Notes: generated from the sequence alone by a model not told the origin. Positions 9,751 to 20,026 are shown, counted from the stretch's first letter. The stretch is 64,000 nt of DNA from Opitutales bacterium (GCA_038106225.1 JAYODK010000001.1:2413-66412), one strand, 5' to 3'. Made by a program: numbers and translations.

Positions 9751-11307
9751 ATGCTTTCCGCTTTTACCAACTCTTTAAAAATACCAGAGCTTAGGCAGAA
9801 GATTTTCTTCACCTTAGCCTTGTTATTTATTGCACGAGTTGGTGCAAATATTCCTTTGCCCGGAGTAGACCCATCTCCAATTAAGGAATTTTTCGAATTA
9901 CGTGAACAAACTAGAAGCGATTCTGGTGGAAACGATATCTTGGGTTTCTACAACATGTTTACTGGTGGAGCATTGTTGAATGGAGCCCTTTTTGCCTTAG
10001 GGATTATGCCTTACATTAGTGCTTCGATTATTATGCAACTAATGGGTGCTGTCTTTCCTCACCTTGCAAGACTTCAACAGGAGGGAGAGCCTGGCAGACA
10101 GAAAATTTCTCAATACACCAGATATCTCACGATATTTATTTGTTTAGTTCAAGGAGGCCTCTTGGCAGTAGCTCTACGTGATAGCCCGGGAAGTCTTATA
10201 ATGGGCTTCAATCCAGCTGAAATCGGTTTGGATGGTAAGCCTCTTGGAGATATCGTTGTGGCTTCCTCGCCCACCCTGTTTTTAGTGAACTCTATTGTCT
10301 TTCTGACTACTGGTTCCTTGATATTAATGTGGTTGGGTGAACAAATAACGCAAAGAGGAATCGGGAACGGCATTTCTTTATTGATTACAGTCGGAATATT
10401 GGCTGATTTACCGAAGGCTCTTGCGGATGCATATTCTTTGGTTTTCCTCGCTCCAGCTGAAGACAACATGGTGATCGTAAAGGCTGCTCTAATGATCGGA
10501 TTGTTTCTTCTTGTTGTAGGTGGTATCATTGCCGTTACCCAAGCTCAAAGAAAGATACCAGTTCAATACGCTAAGAGAATGGTAGGGAGAAAGGTTTTCG
10601 GTGGTCAAAGCTCTTTTTTGCCATTGAAAGTCAACTACGCCGGGGTGATGCCTGTGATTTTTGCTAGTGCAATCCTAATGTTTCCGGCACAACTTCTTCG
10701 AACTCTGGGTGCTGCGATTGCTTCTTCTCCGAATGAAACCAACTGGGCTATCGATCTTGCTAACGCATTTGCTGGGAGGGGTTGGTTTTATTATTTAGTT
10801 TATGGAGGGTTAATACTAGTTTTTAGTTATTTTTGGGTTTCAATTATGTTTAAACCCGTTCAAATAGCTGATGATCTTAAGAAAAACGGGGGATATGTTC
10901 CTGGCGTTCGCCCAGGTGAACACACAGCAAAATTTCTTGATTTTGTTATGACTCGTTTAACCTTAGCAGGTGCCATTTTTCTTACCATTATAGCAGTTTT
11001 TCCTGATTTTATATTCAAAACAGCTAATGTCTCATACAATGTTGCTACTTTTTTTGGAGGCACAGGTATGTTGATTATTGTTGGTGTAGTCTTAGATACT
11101 ATGCGTCAAATAGAAACCTTTCTTTTACAAAGACATTATGATGGTTTCCTTCGAAAAGGCAGGATTCGTGGACGCTCATCAGTCTCGAATAGAGGGATCG
11201 AATCTCTTGAGCTCAAGGACTTTGAGGCACAATGGAGACCACTGATTATTATATCAATCGTATTATTTGGATTCGGATTATTGGCTTACTTTTTCAAAGG
11301 AGCTTAA
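9751..11307 (+). CDS. secY: Preprotein translocase subunit SecY (518 aa, C-terminally extended)
   Basis: Multi-pass membrane protein with LGIMPYISASIIMQLM and a conserved ...MRQIETFLLQRHYDGFLRKG end-motif. About 42 extra residues follow. Sits in the spc-operon position after rplO. Confidence 0.96.
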   Translation: MLSAFTNSLKIPELRQKIFFTLALLFIARVGANIPLPGVDPSPIKEFFELREQTRSDSGGNDILGFYNMFTGGALLNGALFALGIMPYISASIIMQLMGAVFPHLARLQQEGEPGRQKISQYTRYLTIFICLVQGGLLAVALRDSPGSLIMGFNPAEIGLDGKPLGDIVVASSPTLFLVNSIVFLTTGSLILMWLGEQITQRGIGNGISLLITVGILADLPKALADAYSLVFLAPAEDNMVIVKAALMIGLFLLVVGGIIAVTQAQRKIPVQYAKRMVGRKVFGGQSSFLPLKVNYAGVMPVIFASAILMFPAQLLRTLGAAIASSPNETNWAIDLANAFAGRGWFYYLVYGGLILVFSYFWVSIMFKPVQIADDLKKNGGYVPGVRPGEHTAKFLDFVMTRLTLAGAIFLTIIAVFPDFIFKTANVSYNVATFFGGTGMLIIVGVVLDTMRQIETFLLQRHYDGFLRKGRIRGRSSVSNRGIESLELKDFEAQWRPLIIISIVLFGFGLLAYFFKGA

Positions 11308-11330
11308 CACTTAATTTTAAAAATACTATT

Positions 11331-11705
11331 ATGGCTAGATTATTAGGAGTAGATATACCAAACCGAAAAAAAATCGCTTATTCTTTGCGATATGTATACG
11401 GTATTGGACCAACCAGAGCCCAAAAAATTCTCGATGAAACTGGTATTGATCCAGACAAAAGAACTCAAGAATTATCGGAACAGGACCTGAGTCTAATCAG
11501 CAACTATATTATTGATAACAAAATTATGGTTGAAGGAGATTTGCGTCGTCAAATCACCAATAACCTAAAGCGATTGCAAAGCATTCGTAGTTATCGAGGA
11601 CTCAGGCACCAGAGAGGATTACCGGTTCGCGGACAAAGAACCATCACAAATGCTAGGACGAGAAAAGGTGGCCGTAAGACCGTTGGTGTTGTTCGGAAGA
11701 GTTAA
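11331..11705 (+). CDS. rpsM: 30S ribosomal protein S13
   Basis: The ATG at 11331 gives MARLLGVDIPNRKK... (124 aa). The ORF-track start at 11232 lies inside secY. Confidence 0.96.
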   Translation: MARLLGVDIPNRKKIAYSLRYVYGIGPTRAQKILDETGIDPDKRTQELSEQDLSLISNYIIDNKIMVEGDLRRQITNNLKRLQSIRSYRGLRHQRGLPVRGQRTITNARTRKGGRKTVGVVRKS

Positions 11706-11726
11706 TAAAATTAAACCAATTTTTCC

Positions 11727-12284
11727 ATGAGTGAAGATCAAGAAAATTTAGTAGAAGAAGAGGCCAATGAGGGTCCATCCGATGATCAGGTTGCCTCTGT
11801 TGCCACAAAGAGTGATATTTCCGATTCTGATGCGAGCAAAGAACAAGATAAAGTTGTAAAAAAAGAGGAAACGGCAGCAGACCTCCTTGGTGCTAATATC
11901 GAGCAAGTAAAAGTCCGCAAGGCAAAGGGAAGCAAAAATATTTCTTCCGGAATTTGCTACATAGTTGCAACATTTAACAACACAAAAGTATCATTTACCG
12001 ATATCAAAGGTAATGTTATTTCCTGGTCAAGCTCAGGCAAGTGTAACTTCAGAGGCTCTAGAAAATCTACAGCTTATGCTGCTCAGGTCGTTACCCAAGA
12101 TGCTGGTAAAGTGGCAATGTCCCATGGCATGAAGGAAGTATTGGTTAAAGTTAAAGGTCCTGGAATGGGCAGGGATTCAGCAATCCGTGCACTCCAAAGT
12201 TTAGGCTTTAATGTTTCTGCGATCATAGATGTAACTCCAGTGCCACATAACGGATGCCGTCCACCTAAAAGGCGACGCGTTTAA
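11727..12284 (+). CDS. rpsK: 30S ribosomal protein S11 with ~60-aa acidic N-terminal extension
   Basis: 185 aa. The canonical core is [18 protein letters not shown]...[13 protein letters not shown]. The only start codon in frame is the ATG at 11727, 21 nt after rpsM. Confidence 0.94.
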   Translation: MSEDQENLVEEEANEGPSDDQVASVATKSDISDSDASKEQDKVVKKEETAADLLGANIEQVKVRKAKGSKNISSGICYIVATFNNTKVSFTDIKGNVISWSSSGKCNFRGSRKSTAYAAQVVTQDAGKVAMSHGMKEVLVKVKGPGMGRDSAIRALQSLGFNVSAIIDVTPVPHNGCRPPKRRRV

Positions 12285-12306
12285 ATTAATTTCTCTTAGA
12301 TTTATT

Positions 12307-12915
12307 ATGTCACGATATACAGGTCCAACCACTCGAATAAATCGCCGTTTTGGTATGGCGATTTTTCCTGCTAACAAATCTTTTGAGCGCCGTACCTACC
12401 CACCAGGCCAGCATGGCCCTAATTTCCGTAGAAAGGTAAGTGATTACAGTGCCGGTCTGTTAGAGAAACAGAAATTACGCATGATGTATGGTTTGACGGA
12501 AAAACAATTCCGCAATCTTTTTCAAAAGGCCAAAAGAAAACAAGGGATTACCGGTGAAAACTTTCTTTCGTCCTTGGAAACAAGGCTGGATAATGTGGTT
12601 TATCGATTAGGGTTTGCTAGGACGCGTAAGTCTGCCCGCCAATTTGTAAATCATGGACACATTCTTGTTAATGGCAAAAAGGTGGACATACCTAGTTTTC
12701 AGGTTTCTGTGGGAGATGATTTAACTGTTCGCGAGAAGACATCCTCTCGACAGGTTGCTACTCGTAATCTTGATGGGTCGCAGTACAATAACACCCCACC
12801 ATGGCTCGAAGCAAAAGCCGATTCATTACAAGGAACAGTTACTAGACTTCCTCAGGCAGATGAACTCGAACAAAGCATCAATGTACAACTCGTTGTTGAG
12901 TTCTACAGCCGTTAA
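12307..12915 (+). CDS. rpsD: 30S ribosomal protein S4
   Basis: 202 aa. Starts [16 protein letters not shown] and has the S4 RNA-binding domain region [33 protein letters not shown]. Confidence 0.97.
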   Translation: MSRYTGPTTRINRRFGMAIFPANKSFERRTYPPGQHGPNFRRKVSDYSAGLLEKQKLRMMYGLTEKQFRNLFQKAKRKQGITGENFLSSLETRLDNVVYRLGFARTRKSARQFVNHGHILVNGKKVDIPSFQVSVGDDLTVREKTSSRQVATRNLDGSQYNNTPPWLEAKADSLQGTVTRLPQADELEQSINVQLVVEFYSR

Positions 12916-12947
12916 AACTTTAATTTAATTAACAACTGACAAATACC

Positions 12948-13946
12948 ATGGCTACAAGACTTGGAAAATTCGAACTCCCCAATCGCTTAATCAAGGAAGA
13001 GGAAACTGCTACTGATAAATTTGCTAAGTTTATAGCAGATCCTTTTGAAACTGGATATGGTCATACTATAGGAAATGCGTTTCGTCGCGTTTTACTTAGC
13101 TCAATTGAAGGTGCCGCAATCTCTTCTCTTAAGATGGATGGTGTACAACATGAGTTCCAAAGCGTTGATGGTGTTGTTGAGGATGTTACGGACATTGTTT
13201 TGAACCTCAAAAAGGTTCTTATTATTAATCATAAGTCTGAGCCAGCTCTCATAACCCTCGATGTTGAAAAAGAAGGAAGTATCACGGCTGGAGATATTGC
13301 TCCGGTTGAAGGAATTGAAATCATCAATCCTGAGCAGGTGATTTTAACTACCGATAGAAAACAACGTGTTTATGCAGAAATGGATGTAACAGTTGGTCGC
13401 GGTTTTTGCCTGGGAGAAGATAGTAAGCAAGACAATCAACCCATTGGCATGATCAATGTTGATGCTCTATACAGCCCAGTAAAATTGGTTAAATACGATG
13501 TACAAAATACCCGAGTCGGTCAAATGACGGATTATGATAAACTTATTTTGGAAATTCATACCGATGGACGAATAACCCCGGATGATGCATTGAAACAATC
13601 TGCTGCAATCCTTCGTCATCATTTAGATGTGTTTGATCAAATTAGTGAGGAGCAAATAGAGTTCGAAAGTAACACAAAGCAAGTTAGTGAAGAACAAAAC
13701 AGATTAAAGAATTTGCTTAGCATGAGTGTTAACGAGATTGAACTTTCTGTAAGAGCAGCAAACTGCCTTAACAACGCTAATATTACTACTGTAGGTGAGC
13801 TGGCAACCAAGTCTGAGCCAGAGATGTTAAAATACCGAAATTTTGGTAAAAAATCTCTTAATGAAATTAAAGCTAAACTTGAGCAGCTTGGTCTTTCACT
13901 AGGAATGAAGTTTGAAAACCGGCTACTCGAGTCTGCAACCAATTAA
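12948..13946 (+). CDS. rpoA: DNA-directed RNA polymerase subunit alpha
   Basis: 332 aa. The N-terminal domain has GHTIGNAFRRVLLSSIEGAA. The C-terminal domain has IELSVRAANCLNNANITTVGEL. Confidence 0.97.
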   Translation: MATRLGKFELPNRLIKEEETATDKFAKFIADPFETGYGHTIGNAFRRVLLSSIEGAAISSLKMDGVQHEFQSVDGVVEDVTDIVLNLKKVLIINHKSEPALITLDVEKEGSITAGDIAPVEGIEIINPEQVILTTDRKQRVYAEMDVTVGRGFCLGEDSKQDNQPIGMINVDALYSPVKLVKYDVQNTRVGQMTDYDKLILEIHTDGRITPDDALKQSAAILRHHLDVFDQISEEQIEFESNTKQVSEEQNRLKNLLSMSVNEIELSVRAANCLNNANITTVGELATKSEPEMLKYRNFGKKSLNEIKAKLEQLGLSLGMKFENRLLESATN

Positions 13947-13969
13947 TACCACACAGCAAAAACTTTCCT

Positions 13970-14668
13970 ATGAGACACCGAAAACACAATCACCAACTGG
14001 GTGTAAAATCTGCCCACCGCGTTTCATTGGTAGCCAACCTGTCTTGTTCCCTCATCGAGCACGGTCGTATTAAAACTACACTAGCCAAGGCCAGAGCCCT
14101 TAGACCAGCAATTGAGAAAATTATTACCTTGGCCAAAAAAGCCCACAGTAGTGATGATGCTGCACGGAAAATTCATTATCGCAGGTTGGCGATAGCTAGA
14201 CTTCGCAACAAAAAAGCAGTATCCAAGTTATTTGATGACCTTGTTGATCAATTTATGGAGCGTAATGGTGGCTATACGCGTATCTATAAACTAGCTCTTC
14301 CCAGACTAGGAGATGCTGCAGATATGGCACTCATTGAGTTTGTTGAGGAAGCCACTAAACAAAAAGCAAAGAAAAAGAAGACAGCAGCAAAAAAACATTC
14401 TGGCAAACCGTCTGCAGCGAAAGATGATTCTCCTGATAAGAAAACGCTAAAGTCTGATGAATCAAAGGAGGTTGCTTCTGAAAAAGAAAAGTCGGACCAA
14501 GTAGAAGCAGCTGAAAACTCCTCCGATAAACCCGCTGCTTCCTCAAAATCTGATTCATCTTCTGCAAAGAAAGCTGATGCCTCAAAAGACACAAAAGATG
14601 ACGCTTCCTCTTCTGAAATTACCGCAGGAGATGATGAGTCGGCAGTTGAGGACCCAGAGGAAAAGTAA
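13970..14668 (+). CDS. rplQ: 50S ribosomal protein L17 with ~107-aa Lys/Ser/Asp/Glu-rich C-terminal tail
   Basis: 232 aa. The canonical bL17 part runs MRHRKHNHQLG...GGYTRIYKL..RLGDAADMALIEFV. A low-complexity tail follows. Confidence 0.95.
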   Translation: MRHRKHNHQLGVKSAHRVSLVANLSCSLIEHGRIKTTLAKARALRPAIEKIITLAKKAHSSDDAARKIHYRRLAIARLRNKKAVSKLFDDLVDQFMERNGGYTRIYKLALPRLGDAADMALIEFVEEATKQKAKKKKTAAKKHSGKPSAAKDDSPDKKTLKSDESKEVASEKEKSDQVEAAENSSDKPAASSKSDSSSAKKADASKDTKDDASSSEITAGDDESAVEDPEEK

Positions 14669-14782
14669 AGCCTTTCATCCTTTCCTATTTCAGCGAAAAA
14701 TGGTTGGCCATGCTTGGCTAACTGAATTTTCTATTGTCCGGCACACAAAGCTATTAGTTTCTTTTGTAATAGGGATTGCAGG

Positions 14783-14822
14783 GGTCTTGGATTCGTTTTA
14801 ACAATCAGACCTTTTCTTTCTT
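14783..14822 (+). terminator. Candidate intrinsic terminator / attenuator hairpin between rplQ and guaA
   Basis: GGTCT(TG)GATT-cgttttaac-AATCAGACC gives 5+4 bp with a 2-nt bulge. TTTTCTTTCTTT follows directly. The T-tract ends about 16 nt before the guaA ATG. Confidence 0.4.
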
Positions 14823-14837
14823 TAATTCCTATATCTT

Positions 14838-16376
14838 ATGGCTCAAACCATTCTAGTTCTCGATTTTGGTTCTCAATACACACAAGTAATTGCCCGAAGA
14901 ATTCGTGAGCAAAATGTATATTCTCAGGTACTCCCTTACAATAGTTCACTCAAAGCTATCAAAGCATCCAATCCTTTAGGCATTATTTTGTCTGGGGGTC
15001 CTGCAAGTGTTTTGTCTAAGGGGGCACCTTTGCCTAATAAAAATATATTTTCTTTGGGAGTTCCTGTTTTGGGCATTTGTTATGGATTACAATTAATGGG
15101 AAAATTGTTGGGTGGAGAAGTAAAAAAGTGTGAACGCAGGGAGTATGGGCGTAGTGAATTAACCATTAAAAAGCCGGGAAACCTTTTTAGTGGTCTACCG
15201 AAGCATTTAACAGTTTGGAATTCACACGGTGATGCCATCACTAAAATCCCTAAAGGATTTCAAGGCATTGCTTACACGGAAAACTCAGAATTTTCAGCCA
15301 TAGAAGATCCCAAAAGAAAATTCTTTGGTTTACAGTTTCATCCTGAAGTCGAGCACTCAGATCAGGGAGTGGAAGTAATTAAGAACTTTCTATTTTCTGT
15401 TTGTAAATGTAAGGCAGATTGGGACATGGGGGATTTCATTGAAGCTTCCATCATAAAGATTAGAAAACAAGTTGGGTCTAAACATGTTATCCTTGGTCTC
15501 AGCGGAGGAGTCGATTCAAGTGTTGCTGCAGCCTTAATTGATCGAGCCATAGGAAAGCAACTAACGTCTATTTTTGTTGATAACGGTTTATTGCGCCAAA
15601 ACGAACGGGGTGAGGTAATTAAGTTATTTAATGATCACATACCAGGAAAGCTGCGTGTTGCGAAAGCAGGAAAATTATTTTTGAAAAAATTAAAGGGTGT
15701 CTCAGACCCTGAAAAAAAACGTAAGATCATTGGTAGGACATTTATTGAAGTGTTTGATATAGAGGTAAAAAAGTTGGGTGATATAGATTTTCTTGCCCAG
15801 GGTACACTTTATCCAGATGTAATCGAGAGTGTCCCTGTAGGAGGAAATCCATCCGCTTTGATAAAAAGCCACCATAATGTGGGCGGATTGCCTGAAAAAA
15901 TGAAACTTAAGCTCCTCGAGCCTCTTCGGGAATTATTTAAGGATGAGGTTAGACTCTTGGGAAAAAAACTTGGTCTCCCAGATCATGTGATCAATCGTCA
16001 CCCATTCCCTGGACCAGGGCTAGGGGTACGCGTGATAGGAGATCTAACCAACAAGCGACTGAATATTTTAAGACAAGCCGATGCTATTTTTATCGAAGAA
16101 CTCAGAAATTCTGGATGGTACCAAAAACTGTGGCAGGCATTCTGCGTTTTTCTTCCTGTACGCAGTGTTGGAGTAATGGGGGATGAAAGAACATATGAGA
16201 ATGTAATCTGTCTTCGTGCAGTCACCAGTAGTGATGCGATGACTGCAGATTGGGCGAAGCTGCCCGATGGGTTAATTCGAAAAGTATCGAGTAGAATTAT
16301 CAATGAGGTAAAAGGTGCAAACCGTGTGGTCTACGATGTCAGTTCCAAGCCTCCTAGTACTATTGAATGGGAGTAG
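14838..16376 (+). CDS. guaA: GMP synthase (glutamine-hydrolysing)
   Basis: 512 aa. The class-I GATase part has GICYGLQLM. The PP-loop is [10 protein letters not shown]. The C-terminus is ...PPSTIEWE. Confidence 0.97.
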   Translation: MAQTILVLDFGSQYTQVIARRIREQNVYSQVLPYNSSLKAIKASNPLGIILSGGPASVLSKGAPLPNKNIFSLGVPVLGICYGLQLMGKLLGGEVKKCERREYGRSELTIKKPGNLFSGLPKHLTVWNSHGDAITKIPKGFQGIAYTENSEFSAIEDPKRKFFGLQFHPEVEHSDQGVEVIKNFLFSVCKCKADWDMGDFIEASIIKIRKQVGSKHVILGLSGGVDSSVAAALIDRAIGKQLTSIFVDNGLLRQNERGEVIKLFNDHIPGKLRVAKAGKLFLKKLKGVSDPEKKRKIIGRTFIEVFDIEVKKLGDIDFLAQGTLYPDVIESVPVGGNPSALIKSHHNVGGLPEKMKLKLLEPLRELFKDEVRLLGKKLGLPDHVINRHPFPGPGLGVRVIGDLTNKRLNILRQADAIFIEELRNSGWYQKLWQAFCVFLPVRSVGVMGDERTYENVICLRAVTSSDAMTADWAKLPDGLIRKVSSRIINEVKGANRVVYDVSSKPPSTIEWE

Positions 16377-16379
16377 GCC

Positions 16380-17705
16380 GTGAAACTTTCTTTTTTAGAA
16401 GATAGTAAGGACCTCATTGGTAATCTATCTTCATTTATTCCTGTAACTGGCACTGATTCAAAAATCAGTTCAATTGTGGCTGAAATTTTGGATTCTGTTA
16501 AAACAGGAGGAAACCATGCTATTCTTGAAAAAACCCAAAAGTTCGATGGGGCATTCCTTTCAGTTGATGAATTGAGGGTAAAACCAGAGGAACTGGAAGA
16601 GTCTCTTTCTGTACTTTCCGTCAACGAAAGACAGGCACTGGAAGATGCAATTTCCAATATAACTCTTTTTCATAAACATAGTTATCCGCAAAACTGGGAG
16701 AATGAGAATTTACATGGTGGAATAGTGGGAGAGAGATTTTATCCGATCCGTCGTGTAGGTATATATGTTCCTGGAGGCCAAGTGCCTCTTGTTTCGACCG
16801 TTGTTATGTCTGTTACTCTTGCAAGAGTCGCGAAAGTTCCAGAAATCGTTGTGACAACTCCACCTAGTGAGGAAGGTCAGATATCGCCATACCTTTTGGC
16901 CGCATTGAATCTCTCTGGAGTTACCGAGGTTTATAAGATTGGTGGCGCACAGGCAATTGGAGCACTAGCTTATGGCTCAGAGACAATTCGGCCAGTAGAT
17001 AAGATATTTGGCCCTGGTAATGCATTTGTAAATGAGGCAAAGAGGCAAGTCTTTGGAGAAGTTGGTATAGATTTATTGCCTGGTCCAAGTGAAGTCATGG
17101 TCATTGCTGATAATACTGCTAGACCGGAATTTGTCGCAGCAGCCCTTTTAGCACAAGCGGAGCATGGATCTGGAAAAGAAAAGATTTATCTATTATTCCA
17201 AGAAAGGAGCATGTTTTCTAAAATTAATGAACAGCTTAATGAACAGGTCGAAAAACTTACCCATAGGAGTGCCATTTTAAAAGTACTTGAAACAGGATTT
17301 TTAGCTATTTTATTACCGGAGGATAAGCGTTTGGCTGAAATTGCTAACTTCATTGCCCCAGAGCATCTCGAATTGCAGGTTTCACCAGAATCATGTGATT
17401 ATTTTCTGAAGAAAATCACAACTGCCGGTGCCTTTCTAGTTGGTCATGAAACTCCTACCACAGTGGGTGATTTTGTCGCTGGGCCCAGCCATGTTTTACC
17501 TACTGGCCGGTCGTCCCGTTTTTCCTCTGGCTTGCGCATGCATGACTTTATGCGCAGAAGTAGTGTAATTCATTATGATATGCATGCATGTGAGAGGGCA
17601 GCTCAAGTAATCGATCAATTTGCATTAATGGAGAATCTTGATGGCCATGGGAATGCTCATAAATTAAGGGTTACCAATAGTCAAAACCAGCCAAGCAATG
17701 AATAA
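16380..17705 (+). CDS. hisD: Histidinol dehydrogenase
   Basis: 441 aa. The GTG start follows the guaA stop by 3 nt. Contains YKIGGAQAIGALAYG, LLAQAEHGSG and GDFVAGPSHVLPT. Confidence 0.94.
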   Translation: MKLSFLEDSKDLIGNLSSFIPVTGTDSKISSIVAEILDSVKTGGNHAILEKTQKFDGAFLSVDELRVKPEELEESLSVLSVNERQALEDAISNITLFHKHSYPQNWENENLHGGIVGERFYPIRRVGIYVPGGQVPLVSTVVMSVTLARVAKVPEIVVTTPPSEEGQISPYLLAALNLSGVTEVYKIGGAQAIGALAYGSETIRPVDKIFGPGNAFVNEAKRQVFGEVGIDLLPGPSEVMVIADNTARPEFVAAALLAQAEHGSGKEKIYLLFQERSMFSKINEQLNEQVEKLTHRSAILKVLETGFLAILLPEDKRLAEIANFIAPEHLELQVSPESCDYFLKKITTAGAFLVGHETPTTVGDFVAGPSHVLPTGRSSRFSSGLRMHDFMRRSSVIHYDMHACERAAQVIDQFALMENLDGHGNAHKLRVTNSQNQPSNE

Positions 17706-18798
17706 AAATCACTTGCGTCTTAGCAAGAGATTGTGTGGTCATCATGCTTATTTGCCGGGTGAGCAACCGAAGAGTAATCCGCAAGTAGTCAAACTCAATA
17801 CAAACGAAAACCCTTACCCGCCCAGCCCTTCAGTTCAAGCAGCGATTAATCATGAAATTGCACTATTAAATTTATACCCAAACCCAATTTCTGGGGATTT
17901 GCGGGAGGTGATCGCTGATATGCATGGCTTGCAGGCGTCTCAAATTATAGTTGGAAATGGATCAGACGACCTTCTAAATCTTTGCGTAAGGACTTTCTCA
18001 GACGATGAGTTGAAAGTAGGTATGCTTCATCCAAGTTATTCCCTTTATGAGGTTTTGACTAGTGTTCAAGGAAGTGAACTTATAAGGGTTAAATTTAACG
18101 ACAAGGATTTTACATTAAATATTGCCGATATCCTTGCATCTGGTACGAACCTGTTTTTTTTAACGAATCCTCATGCTCCTAGTGGCAAAGCCTATGGCTT
18201 AACCCAGCTAAGAAGACTATTGAAAGACTATAAAGGTCTTTTGGTAATTGATGAAGCCTATGCAGATTTCGCCCCCAAAAACGCCCTACCCTTGCTCAAA
18301 GAATATGAAAACCTGATTATTACACGCACACTTTCAAAATCCTATTCTCTAGCAGGTTTGCGAATAGGATATGCTATGGGTAATCCAAGAATTATCGAAG
18401 AATTAGATAAGGTAAGAGAAGTTTACAATGTAGACAGACTGGCACAAGTTGGAGCAAAAGCGGCTTTACTTGACCAAAAATATTTCAACGAATGCTTGAA
18501 AAAGGTAATTGATCAACGAGATTTACTGGCAAAAGTATTTGAAGAACTTGGGTGGCCGTTTATTCCCTCAGCTGCAAATTTTATTTTTGTTCAACCTTTA
18601 GGGATTAATGGGCAGGCTTCAGCAAAAACAGCAGCAAATCTCTTTCATTATCTTTTGGAAAATAAAATTTTAGTCCGCTATTTTCCGAAACATCCATTGA
18701 CCGAGAGCTATTTAAGAATCAGTATTGGCAACCCTACCCAGATGAATAAAGTAGTGGAATCAATAAAAGAATGGACGAAAAAGGAAAATCAACGATAG
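17698..18798 (+). CDS. hisC: Histidinol-phosphate aminotransferase
   Basis: 366 aa class-II aminotransferase. Contains [12 protein letters not shown] and the PLP-lysine region [17 protein letters not shown]. Overlaps hisD by 8 nt. Confidence 0.93.
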   Translation: MNKNHLRLSKRLCGHHAYLPGEQPKSNPQVVKLNTNENPYPPSPSVQAAINHEIALLNLYPNPISGDLREVIADMHGLQASQIIVGNGSDDLLNLCVRTFSDDELKVGMLHPSYSLYEVLTSVQGSELIRVKFNDKDFTLNIADILASGTNLFFLTNPHAPSGKAYGLTQLRRLLKDYKGLLVIDEAYADFAPKNALPLLKEYENLIITRTLSKSYSLAGLRIGYAMGNPRIIEELDKVREVYNVDRLAQVGAKAALLDQKYFNECLKKVIDQRDLLAKVFEELGWPFIPSAANFIFVQPLGINGQASAKTAANLFHYLLENKILVRYFPKHPLTESYLRISIGNPTQMNKVVESIKEWTKKENQR

Positions 18799-19373
18799 AA
18801 AGAAACACTAACGAGACTCAAATCTCCTTAGAGTTATCTGTTTATGGAAGTGGCATACAAGAAATCTCTACTGGTGTACCTTTTATGGACCACATGTTTG
18901 AGCTTTTTTCGAAACATGGATTTTTTGATTTAAAAGTTCTTGCTAAAGGAGACATTGAAATAGATTACCACCACTTGGTTGAGGATTTAGGGATTGCACT
19001 AGGTCAGGCTTTTTCCAAGGCACTGGGGGATAAATCTGGTATAAAACGTTATGGTTACTTTGTCGCACCTATGGATGAAGCACTCGTTACGACTGCAGTG
19101 GATCTCTCGAATCGTCCCTATCTGTTTTGGGAAGTTCCTATAGAAAACACTTTAGTTAGAGATTTTAATATTCAATTATTGAAGGAATTTTTCCAATCCT
19201 TCGCCAATGAAGTTGCTTGTAATTTGCATATTCGATTAGAGCATGGCGAAGAACCGCATCATGTGGCTGAGGGAATCTTTAAATCACTTGCTAAATGTTT
19301 AGATATGGCCACGACTTTAGAGCCTAGGCTTAAGGGGAAAGTACCCTCTACCAAAGGTACTTTGTCTGCTTGA
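18771..19373 (+). CDS. hisB: Imidazoleglycerol-phosphate dehydratase
   Basis: 200 aa. Contains [26 protein letters not shown] and [14 protein letters not shown] (the D/HH/E metal motifs). Confidence 0.94.
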   Translation: MDEKGKSTIERNTNETQISLELSVYGSGIQEISTGVPFMDHMFELFSKHGFFDLKVLAKGDIEIDYHHLVEDLGIALGQAFSKALGDKSGIKRYGYFVAPMDEALVTTAVDLSNRPYLFWEVPIENTLVRDFNIQLLKEFFQSFANEVACNLHIRLEHGEEPHHVAEGIFKSLAKCLDMATTLEPRLKGKVPSTKGTLSA

Positions 19374-19399
19374 TTCAAGCTCAGTTATAGCACTTAGTT

Positions 19400-20026
19400 A
19401 TGAAAACCCGCAAATTAGCGGTCATAGATTATGGCACAGGAAATTTATGCAGTGTCGTAAAGGCCTTTGAACATCTTGGTGCAAAAGTTAATCTCGCGGC
19501 AAAGGCTGAGGAAATGAAAGATGTGGATGCAGTTATTTTTCCTGGTCAGGGAAGTTTTGACCAGTGTATGTCATCCATTGAAAAAGCTGGGTTTTGTGAA
19601 GTCTTAAAGGCATGGATTCTCGAGGACCGTCCTTTTTTTGGAATATGTTTGGGCTTGCAGGTGCTTTTCGAGAATTCAGAGGAAGGCAACTTGCCTGGCC
19701 TTGGATTATTTAAGGGCAGAGTGAGCCGCTTCCGTCTGGATAAGTCGTTGAAAGTACCGCATATGGGATGGAACCAAGTAAAATGGAACCTCTCTGCTGA
19801 CCATTGGGCACGGCAGGATATAGATGAAGATGATCAGTTTTATTTTGTACATAGTTACCGGGTCGAAATAAATGACCCGCAAATACATGCCCTTAAAACA
19901 GATTATGGCGGTCTATTCACCAGCGGAATTATTTCTTCAAATTGTATCGCAACCCAGTTCCACCCTGAGAAAAGCCAGTCTAAAGGAATTCAACTCTACC
20001 GAAACTTTCTTGAAAATATTCCCTAG
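19400..20026 (+). CDS. hisH: Imidazole glycerol phosphate synthase, glutamine amidotransferase subunit
   Basis: 208 aa. Contains FFGICLGLQVLF (Cys nucleophile), VPHMGWN and ATQFHPEKS. Confidence 0.93.
   Translation: MKTRKLAVIDYGTGNLCSVVKAFEHLGAKVNLAAKAEEMKDVDAVIFPGQGSFDQCMSSIEKAGFCEVLKAWILEDRPFFGICLGLQVLFENSEEGNLPGLGLFKGRVSRFRLDKSLKVPHMGWNQVKWNLSADHWARQDIDEDDQFYFVHSYRVEINDPQIHALKTDYGGLFTSGIISSNCIATQFHPEKSQSKGIQLYRNFLENIP

Noticed and set aside
14577-14801. 74-aa plus-strand ORF overlapping the rplQ tail and running into the spacer
   Set aside because: It is an alternative frame of the low-complexity L17 tail and runs through the predicted hairpins. No coding features.
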